From: an uncultured virus (IMG/VR IMGVR_UViG_3300033986_000160)
Lineage: Duplodnaviria; Heunggongvirae; Uroviricota; Caudoviricetes
IMG/VR virus record: IMGVR_UViG_3300033986_000160
Length of the DNA stretch: 60,970 nt
Strand: one strand, 5' to 3'
Within the stretch, counting starts at the first letter, position 1. Every line of letters starts with the position of its first letter. Below, in pieces: positions 20,787 to 32,700 of this stretch. A model generated the notes under the pieces. It was not told the origin of the DNA, searched no databases, and saw nothing but the letters and a program-made list of their open reading frames with translations. A program made the position numbers and the translations under genes.

Positions 20787-23700
20787 ATGTATTTTGGCGA
20801 GAACTCAAGAATTGTTCCGGAAAGGAAATTAGAAATCATCCAGCAGCTTCATAACAATCTTATTGACAGATCAAAGGCAAAATACATAACCGTCGAAGCT
20901 GTTGAAGGAACAACACAATTCTATCCTGAAAAGATAAGCACTGTTTCCAGTCAGATTCATAGATTATATGAATCTGAATTTTACGCAGGTTGGAAAGCAG
21001 ACCCAGATACATTTATACACAAAGACTTATATAAGACTTATATTCTCGGCAAGAAGTATGCAACAATACCTTACCTGTCAGACAAAGACCGTGGAGAAGA
21101 TAGTGGCATTGTGTCTTGTGTTTTGGACTGTGTATGGCTATGGTATGACAACGACATTTACAATAGCACTTCATGGGCAGACATACAGGCATTCATAAAC
21201 CGGCACAAATCCGATAATCCATCGTTAAAAGTGCATGTAGATAACGGACCAAATGGCATATATATTGCCTGGGACGGATATATTACCTATAACCGGGCAA
21301 CCGGACATACAGTTGTCAATCCTGATATCCTAAAGACAAACAAGATCATTTATAAGCTCGGTTTAAGGAATGATGCTGAAAGTGTCGTTATTGACATGAA
21401 CATGCACTCCACATATTATAAAATACCTGACTGTATATACTTTGACAGAGGTAATTCCGTTGTCAAGACTTTAGACCCAGGACTTGAATATATTGGAATG
21501 ACTGCCGGAACTCAGTGTTGCTATGAGATGTCAGGAAACTACTATATCGATATATATTGCGGCGAGAATGTTTCAACTATTACTCTCCCTCATGGCGGAG
21601 ATTTTAGGTTGGTTCTCCATAATACCGGTATTGTTGATGTAATCTATAGCGATGACGAGCAATATATAGGTTATACTGTAGTTACGTTACCTTCTGCAAA
21701 AGACGATGCCATTGATATCGTGTTTTCAGTATACAGTGATGCCATTAAAACTGATATATATAGCATTACACCTACACTTGTTGAGGAAGGTGTTATCAAA
21801 GAATATATTAAGAAAGATCATTATGCTACATATTACAAGACTACAACAATGATCCATTACATAAAAGACATTAAGGCATTTGATGCTTCTGGACACGAAG
21901 ATACGAGCCTTTTAATTCCTCATATCGCATATAGGCAGAAAATATCACCTATATGGAATAAATCATTGATGTATACCAACTACTCTTGGAGGACAGGAAA
22001 TGACGCATTAGCTATTGCTTCAGAGCCTTATGTGGCCAATAACGATCTAATTATTTGTGGTAACAGGATATTTACATCAGGCGTGTCTGTCCATAATATC
22101 TTATATGACAAACTGCAAGTAAATTTTACAGCATTACAGAATGGTACTTTTAATTTATACGAGAATGCCGGGTTCTACTTTAAAGGGGTTCCTACTTGTC
22201 TTATAGACAATGAACTGTTTAAGAAAGTTGAACTGCAATTTGACGCATCCACAAAGGTTGACGTTGTAAAGAGTACAGACTACAGGCTCTGCTTAATTAA
22301 TGAGTTTGAGCTTTCTCAGAATGCTGCAAAAGTATCATACCGTTTTAGTGTAAAAGGCGGAATGCTTGCTGAAGACGTAACAGTACCATGTACAGTAGCA
22401 CAGTACGTAAACTGCATCAATGAATCACAACTGCTTGACTGGTCTGGGCATCCTGCAAACAGCTACTATTGTATAAAGATTGCCAACGCATATCTGCCTG
22501 TTAAAACTGCATATACCAAGAACGGTTATGGTGTATTTGAAATTAAATGGGCAAGTAAAAGATATATCGTATTTGGCAAAATAACAGGATGCAGTAATGG
22601 TATACTGGAACTTGAAGAAAAAGGATACAGAATTTGTGACATATCGACACACTCATTGCCAATCACATTCCAGGCGTTAACTGTCGATACTGACGGTAAT
22701 CCTCATATTATCTTCGGAGAGACCGATGATGTTCCTGTAACATATACCGATGTATCTTACATTGATGCTAACACTAACTTTTACCAGAATGTAAGGTATA
22801 GAGTTGGTGACGGTACAGGTATGCCTTCAGGCAGCATGCAGACATATGACAAACTGTACTATCTTGGAGTTAACAATGAAAACAGGTTTGCTCCAGTTGC
22901 ATTGCCTGACAACAAGAAAACTGAAGATTATACATACTGTAAGTTGCCAAGAAGAAAAAATCCTGAGTATATACCTCCTTATATTCCTAACCCTGGATAT
23001 GATCCTACAGCATCAAGGTTTTATTATCTTCCGAAGCCAGAATCGTACAAATTTAAATGGGGAACAGGCGATGGAACAAGCCCGTATACCGGAAAAGATG
23101 GCGGTGGTGAATATCTGTCATTTGAATCGAGTGTAAACATAGAACATTATATCATTTTCAAATGCACAAATCCGAATGCTGTATTGAAAGTAAATAGTTC
23201 ATGTTATTCGAGAAATTATCTGTCTGGCGGGTCAAGCTATGAATCTGTGTTCCTGCATAGCCATAGCTATACACTTAATCCTGACGGATATGTTGAGATT
23301 GACGAACATGGTTATGATGTACGCATATCTTTTAGCGTTGAAGGATTAAACGCAGGAGATAAGTTCACTGTCTTTCATGCAACTTACAACAAAAAAACAT
23401 ACACATGGTCCGGAAGCATAAATCCAAACGATTATGTTGAGGATACCGAAAATGTTCCAGTACATCCCAACCCAGCATATCCGCCTTCTCCAATTATGCC
23501 GAATCCGGACTACGATCCAAATGCTCCAGCAATGATTGACGACCCGAATTTTGTACCTACAATGGAGCCTATAACAGTGTATCTGGAAGATATTTATTAT
23601 GCTAATAGCCTACACGGAGACGACGGAAAACCTGCAACGTATGAATATGCTATCGATCCGTCATACAGTAAGTTATACTTTGATTTTAAAGTATACGATA

Positions 23701-26700
23701 ATAAAATTACATCTGCAATCCGCACAAAGATACTCATAACTCTTAAACGTGATGACGGATCAGGAATCACGGTGTTTAACAAGGAAGCATTTTCAATAGG
23801 TGACAATAATCCATACAGGGTGGTAATAAACAACGACGGAACATACACTAAAGTACGTGTAGAGTTAACATGCTTAAGTTCGTCGTTTGACGGTATCTCT
23901 GTTCTAAACGGTTCCTCTACTATAACCGGAACAATTAAACAGGCCCCAAGCCAGATTCCAAATCCTGATCCTGCATCACAGGAGTATATACCAAATCCGA
24001 ATTATGAATCTCAGTGTACCGAGTGGCTCGAACCGGTATTTGAAACTGTAAAGATACCTTCAATTAACACACAGACACTGTTTGTCAACGGGCCGTTGTA
24101 TAAAACAATTGACAAAGCCAGCGTTCCTGTATATATGAAAGGCACTTATACATTCAGAAACATGGACTTTGACAACTGTGCTGTAGAGTTTATAAACGGG
24201 AAGGTAAGGGTTTCTGGAACCGGTGTTTGGTATTATAACAGCAGCACCCCAGGAAGTGTAGACACAAGAAGTCTTGTATTTGCAAAGGCTATAATATACT
24301 ATGACCCGGCTACAGGCAAATGGTCATGGGATTCCGACTCCGTAAACGGGACAGAGAAGCCTTATGAAACAACGGACACAGTCTATAATCTCGAAGCTGT
24401 TACTAATTTTGACAGCTTGGTAAATCCAACAAATATCGTAACAAGGGATGTCAACGCTGTATTCAAAGCATCAAATGGCCCTGCTTACCTTGAGGTCCAT
24501 GCTTTCGGTAATTTAAAAATCATGGATATATCCACTGATATTACAGCGGACACCAACATCGTAATAGAGGCTACGAAATCAACCATTAATATTAACGTGA
24601 ACGGAACTTCGTATCCTTTCTCTCTTGGTGAGAATCCCGAGTCTGCAATCAACAACTCATTCAAGGTAATATACTGGAACAGAAATATCGAGTTTATAGC
24701 AGAGCCGATAGAAGGAGCAAAGGTTTCTTTCAAAGGTTATACCGAAGAAACATTGACAGGATTTGATCTACAGGTGTTTGACGTTTCCGGCAACAGAATC
24801 AACAACCCGGTTGTTGATATAAGGCCGCTGAAAAACTACGAATTGGAGGATTTTGATTCAAACTTCCTTGACGGATGTTTTGATACAGATGTATCCTATG
24901 CATTAGTGCCAAGAATGGAGAAAATCTCTCCATATGGATTAAGTGCACAAGGAGCAGTTGAAGCTATTCAAAATGCACCTTCGATTGCAGCTCCAATTGA
25001 TTGTACCCCAAAGAGCACAATCGTTGTAGAGTTTGATATCAAGGCAAAAGCAAATATTGCCGGCAACAGTTTAATATTCTCTACAACTCCTGGTGTAGGT
25101 AGTGTCCCTGCTGATATAAACCTGCACATCAACGGATATAACTGCCCTCAGTTGTCAATGAACGTGCTGATGAACGATAATTACACACATGTTGTTGTAA
25201 AGTATGACTTTGACGCTATGACAGGTTATATAAAGGCATATGGGCAGGCATCGCAGTATCCGTTAACAAAATATACACGGATATCGTCAGGAGAGGACTG
25301 CTTTGGGTCGCTTGTTGCAACTTTCTTTGCTGGAACGAGATTTTCTGGTATTCCTGCTTCACATGTGTTTAACTCCATCCATGTGAAGAACATTGATATC
25401 TATGAAGAAGTTGCAGGCGTAAGGCGTGAAATTGTTGTTAGAAAGAAACCTAACGACACAGGAAAATGCCTTATAAATGACTTTACAACATTGCTCGATG
25501 GTGCAACGACACCATATCCTGCTTATGGTTTCTACAAAGGTAACGACAAGTTGAGTAATTACAAAGGTAATTATCATAGTACCTCAAGAACTATGATAGA
25601 TGAACTCAGAATGTTTAAAGACAAATATATAATCAACAACGATGAGTTCGGGTATAGCAATATATCATCAGAGTTCTATCCGAAGATAGGAAGAACAAGT
25701 ATGGTAACCAACTCTCCGGATGTAAATGCGTTTGCATACATCGATGCAAGGTATAAAGAAAGCGAATACAGAACACCCTGGTGTGCAATGTTCTTTACAG
25801 AACAGAAAACGTCCAGAAGCTATGGCTTCAAGATAGCGGATGATCACGAAGTCACATTAAACTACAAGTTGAAGAACCTGTTTACTGATTCTTCAGAATA
25901 TACAAAGACTTACTTGTATGATGGCGACAAATGCTACGAAATTACAAGCGACGAAAGCGACATGTGCATTACTGTAAAAACCGGTTCTAAAAGAATTGAA
26001 GTATCCAAGGACGGAATTGTGTCAGAGATTTTCCTTGACACACCTGTACATGTAGGTCGTGAGTTTACATTTGTAATCGAAGCGACGTCAAAGAATATTG
26101 AGAGACGTGTGTCGATGCTGTATTTCTACTTTACAGGAACAGTAAAGCCTGCCGACACGGTAAGTGACTTAATGATTACGCCATTCATTGCCGACGAAAG
26201 AGATATCGTTCCTGAAGTTGAAGTATTGCCTTTTAGACGAGTAGATTGCAGTATAGATGACTACAACCTTACTTCAACTGTAAGCAGTTTTGATGGCGGT
26301 TACACTCGCCATATCTATAATGACGGAGACATGGCTATCGTTGCTGGAAGTGTTTCTGGAGAAAAGAACACACTTGTTCTTGGCAACAAAAAGATCTTTG
26401 AGGACAATGGTGTATTTGGAGGTCATATATTCAACTATGAATTCATAGTTGACGCAAAAGGCCCTGGTGCGACATTGAAGTTCGCACATATAACCATACC
26501 TTTACAGGAAGGTAAACATTCATACAAGTTAAAATTCTATAACATACCCGACAAGGAAATGTTGATGGGAAGAACCAAACAGTATGGAGAGTTATGGTAT
26601 GCCGTTTCTGTGGATGGCGGAGATTTTGTTCACAACCTGTTTACTGATTTTACCGAAAGCACAATGCTTCATGATGGAATCATAATGCCTGGTTGGAATG

Positions 26701-29700
26701 AAAGTGGGTGGAACACAGCTCCAATGTACACCAACTTCATATTTGAGGTTGAAGACGGAAATGAAATTGTCCTCTACAAAGGACGTATCATTGAGAATGA
26801 GTTCAATCAATCATGGAGAATGCGTTCGCAAAATCCCGTATTGAACGCCATCGTAAAAGATACAAGGAATCTTGACCTCTATCTTGTGATAGACAATGAC
26901 AAGCTACTGTATGGGGAAATAGCCAACACTATCTTAAAAGAACTTCCAGTTCTTCTTGAGAACGCAGATAGGTACGATATAGACCTCAGAGTCTGTGTGT
27001 ACACTTACTGCGATACATTAAACTCAATAGATAGTTCTGGTGTTCCCAAATCAAGCCCGCAATGGTATACAGGATACGAAGACATCATGAACGTACTGAA
27101 GAAGATGCCTCTGCGTGATGGTGGAGTAAGTCCGGAAGCCAATGTGTTTGGTGTATTGCAGACTATGCCTGATATTATAAACGCAGAATCGGCAGGAAGA
27201 AACAAAGTAATGTTCCTGTATAATTCCAGCCGGATGGTTGATTATCCGTTAACAGCTCCTGAGATGAACGCTGCTGGCGACGAGATACGGAAACTTGATC
27301 TTGACACTATAGATGCAGTAACCACCAAGTATATTGAATATGGTATATACCTGCACATGGCTTATAACCAGAACTATCACCCAAAGGATTACATGTACGG
27401 CGTGTTCTACAGGATGGTTATGAAACGGGATCTTGTCGACGACAAGTTAAGTACGGTTTACCATTATTACAATGACAAGATTGTGATAAGCGGAAGCGAA
27501 GGTAATATGGATATAGACGGTCCTGTTAATACAGACGGATATCCTGTGTATATCGACTATATGAAGTTGACAGGAAGACCGAATTATAATCTGATTTCAG
27601 ATTTTGATGATGTTGACAGCTTTGTTACGGTCAACAATAGTATTTCGGCCGCCAATATTTTTAGACACTTTATAAAGGACTCTACAATATTGGCAATGCC
27701 TGTCACCTATTATGAAGACAAAGCGTACTATATCGCTTCCCGTGGTGGAATGTATAAAATCTCTGAGCATACTCCGGTTCTTGAATCTGTGAGGTTCACA
27801 ACTCAGACACAGGTCATCAATCCAACACCTGGTTTTTACCAACAACGGTATGATGAAATAATCTACAGAGCCTTCGGAACCGATGTTCCATATGCTCCGT
27901 TTGACACCATTGGCAGATGGAATGCTGACAACCTTGTGAGAAAAGGTGAGAACTTCAAGGCATTCTATAGAACGACAAGAAGGGTAGACAAGAACATAAA
28001 GAATTACTACCATGTGCTGCTTGCCGTAGCACCAAGCGATATTATGCTTTTTGGTAAAAGCGAAAAGCAGATATTAAAGGATATAATAAACAAGGCACAA
28101 TACGGAGATATCATCTCTGTAAGTTGTATTACAAGACAGAATAATGCATACGACACATGGTTCTCAATCAGGCCGACGCTTATATATAACCAGACAAAGA
28201 AAGAGCGGCTGCTTAAAGACATCGACGATATGCAAATTTACCCTGATTATCAAGAAAAGACGAATGCCTTGATGTCGATGTACTTTAACAAACTCAAGAA
28301 TTATTATGCTGCAAATAAAGGCATATTCTCTGTTGAAGATATATCGTATTCATCGGAGGATTATAACGTCAATGTACTGAACCTGGTAATGGGTAGGTTC
28401 GACAATGAAACAACGCACTTTGACATAAAGACTATACCGAGTTATTTCCCTATCAATACAAGGGTACAAACTGTTGTTCTTGAAATATCAGATAATGACA
28501 GTAAAGCCTATAAGGATATGAAAGGCTATTTCCCATACGGTGTTGCAAAGACCAAACATCCGGAAGAAGCCCGTGCAGTTATAGAACGTGAGCTCGAAGT
28601 GTTCAACAGGAAACGTTGTTCGTTCGGTCACATAGCTATGGAGCTTATCGGTACTTCCGATAAAATGTCTGAGGTCAATATCATAAGGGACGTAAAGGAT
28701 GCATCAAACGTACAGGGGGCTGTGTATACGTTTGTTGGATATACAAAGATCAATAATCCCGATCAATTGTATGATGTTGGGTTTATAATCTTCGGAAGAC
28801 TATACGGACTGAAACTGACAACAGAACCTATGCAGTATACTCTGTACTTTAGAAATGATAAGACTTCACGCACATTCAGCGACAGTCAATGCTACGGAAG
28901 ACAGGATGTTGTGTTTGAGGCGTTTTACGAACCTGAAGACAACTACGATCCTACAAAGATTCAGCCTTGTGAAATGCTGATTGTCGACAAGTTCGTATAT
29001 TGTGAGGAAAAGTATTCTCCTCATATGATTTACTTCTACGCCGATGGAGAGAACTATGTGATAGACCGGTTGAACATATCAGCCATGAACGCTACGCCAA
29101 ACATGAGGTATGTAAGGCCGCCTATCAACATGATCATTGACATCGACAAAGGATACGAAAAGGATGCTGAAGGAAAGTATACCGACTACATCGGTTCGAC
29201 TGGAATGTTCATTGGTGTTCCTTCAAGCGGGGGCAACACAAGCCACTGGTGGGATAGACCAAGTGACGACAAGGAACCAGTCACTGGTATTGGTACAAGT
29301 TCACCATTTGATGGAACTCCAGGCGGCAGCAATACAACAGGAGACCATGAATATAATCCTCCGGACAGGTTCTATACAGATTCGATTCCGGAATGGCCAA
29401 CCCCAACACCGAATTGGCCATCTACTCCTGATTTACCTCAGCTTCCACCTAAAACACATCCTCCGGTGTCACCGCAGGTGTGCGTAAGAGACTGGATAAA
29501 GAACCTTGTTCTTGCGTCAGCAATGAAACAGTTTACGCAGGAAAAATGGGACGAAATCATTGCAAACTACGGCAGCATACAGTCATGGTTGTCGTTCTAC
29601 TGTAATGACATAACCAAGTGGACGGTAGTTGATGAGAATGGAACTGTAGTAAATTACGTAATTGATGAAACGCTCGGATGTCCGACCCTTGGAATAACCT

Positions 29701-32700
29701 ATAGCAGCATAAAAGAGGTAAGACATAAAACGTTGTATAGTGACGTTTATGAATATACGCTGAAGAAACCTACAACCCGTGAGTTCATACAGCCTGAAAA
29801 TGCACAGATGATGTTAAAAGACCAGATAGATAGCGATGCAGACCTGATTAACTGCAAGCTGAACGGACTGCATTACAGTTTCGACAGATACTTTATTGAA
29901 GATGACTATGCATTTGTCGACAGCACATCTGACCCTGACTATAATCCTTATGACAGGAATGCAGCAAGGACTCTTGATGCGGCGGAAAAAGGCGACATTG
30001 AGGTGTATAATGCTGCTGACGGTATTTGGATCAGAGGTGGATGGGTTGGACAGGAATACTCCGGGACTGTAAGCAAGTCTGTAAGGATAAGCCACAAGAC
30101 ATCCTGGACTCCGGTTCTGTTCCGTGACGATTTGGCTTATGTATTAAAGAACTGTTATGACGAGCTCTATACTGGTCTAATGGATACATTGACAAATTAC
30201 ATCACGGTCGACAATATGGATTCAGGTGTGTTGCTTGACTGGACAGTCCGTGATAATGTACTTCTTACAGCTAAAGCAACGGATATATCAGATTCGATTG
30301 TAGTACATCAGACATTCAATGACGCAGAACCATCTAAGACTTTTGCCATTGCTGATTTGGTAACTCTGCTTCCTGATGAATCTTATGATTTCAGGCTGTT
30401 CATTGTTGACTTCACTGGCAACATCAGTATCAACGGAACAGAATATCATGACGGTGACAGTATTTACTTTAATTCAGACAGCGATACAGAATTCACCATT
30501 GAAGCGAACGATATTGTGATATACAAACCTTGGGAAGAAACAAAGACCGGATTTAGCGGTATCGTAAATGGCAAAGAACCTTACCGTAAGGCTTACGACG
30601 GCAAACAAGACTATATTGTCAACCTTGAACCGTTTGACCTCCCGGATGGACTCATCAATCTCCGTCAGACCGTTGAGATTGAGAATACGCCTGAAATCAT
30701 AATCGTAAGGTTCGAACACGAGGTAGAGCCAGGAGTAAGTAATGTAAACGGAGATCTTGCGTACTTTACATGCGGGTCATTGATGCCTTGGACATTCGTT
30801 ACGGACTGGGTAAGTACGTCAGTTGAGAGTGATTTGTTTACACTGGATTCAGTTCTTCCTTCTGTAGTAAACATAAAGGTATACAATCCGAAGTACGAAG
30901 ACTATAAAGATAGTGTAATATCAAACATTCACGCAGTAATAACCTCAAATGACCCGAATGTAAAAGTCATCAGCTATGACAAGAGTGAACTCACATTTGA
31001 ACCTGAAGAAGACTACAGGGAGATACCGGTAACCGTCAAAGCGTTGCCAAGTGCAATGAGTCAATGGTATCCGGTAATCCACAATGGTTACTACTACATC
31101 AATAACCATGAATACTTCCTGTACTCAAAGAATACGCCGGATGGTGAATATAGCGAAGAAGACCAGATCGTCACAAAAGATTTGGTATACGCTATCGACA
31201 TAATTATGAAATCATCTTCTCCGGAAGGTGTTATGGCATTTAATGATTCAACCGCACCAGACTTCACGAAGGGGACTAAAGACGGGGTTGTATTCAGGAA
31301 TGCCGGGCTTGAATGTGCATACATTTCAGACACTCAGTATTACAAAGAGTTTGCAAACGGCACTTATACATCTGAAGAAATACTGTTAGACAAGGAGACT
31401 CCGGTAGAGTACCTAAATACAACTTACCGCAGTAACACTCCTGACGGTACAGAAATAAGGCTGTATATGTCAGCATATGATTATACCGCAAAGACTTGGA
31501 CTGACTGGGTGTATGTACAAAACAATACCGTTCCTCAGATGCTGGTTTCAAAGAGGATAAAGTACAAGGTTACATTAAAACCTCTTAATGAAATCGCAGA
31601 AATGCAGGTAACGGAAGTAGATGACGATTTGTATGATTTCTTTGGAATAGACGGAACCTTGGCACGTAACGTCACAGCAACATCAGGCTGTCTTGAGAAC
31701 CTTGACAAGAGCACAACAGGCGAATACTACTCTGTAATTAAAGATTACAACACAGCGGTTCTTAGGTATACTCTCGAAGTCGAAGGCACCGGCAATTACA
31801 CAGTAGAGTTCGCAACTTCCGACAATAAGACGGACCTTACTGAAACTGCAACCTGGATACCGGCTGCCGATGCAGCTACTACTGAGATGAAGCAGTTTGT
31901 TAGATACAAGGTTACATTAAATGGAGATGCCACTGTAACCAAGATTACAAGGACCGCCAGCATAAGGTCTACGCACAATGTAACGCCAAATTTCGGAGAG
32001 CTTACAATTAGATACGTAATAGGTGGAGACAGAGGTGTTGGTGAAACCATAACACAAACCGTTATAGGTAAACTTCCAAGAGACGGAGAATGGCATGACC
32101 TGATTGATACTACACTTCAGGCAAAACTGTATCCTTCCATCGTTAGCAATGGATTTAAGATTACAGATTTGTTGAGACTGTCTGTAAAGACGAATGATAG
32201 TACGGTAGAGTTTGATTACCAGCCTGATGGAAAGAGCGGACTTAAAGCAAGGAGTTCTAAGATAGAAACCGCTGTAGGACCAACACCGTACATTAAGTTT
32301 ACAGATAATACATGTGTGGTAACGCCGATTCCACAGCAATTCGATCCGGTTATTGTGTTTGACGAAGCAAATGGCAAATACTTCACAAGGGTGAATTTTA
32401 CTGACAGCGAAGGCAGACTTACCCTGACGAACGTCGAAACGTTTACCGGAGAAGGCCGAAGCGGAATAGCACTTAGTTACACCGATATCGACCCTGCATC
32501 GCTAAAGATAACAATTGACGAAACAGAGGTTGATGCTGAAGACTATGATATATTAAACAACATTATCCGGTTCAAGTATGCAATCCCTGAAGGTGCAAAA
32601 ATTACAGCAGAGTACAGCATCAAAGACTCCTTCATTGTAGATTACAACTATAAGCCGGAAGAAGACAAGGCACAGATAACAGTGCACAGCGACAGTGATT

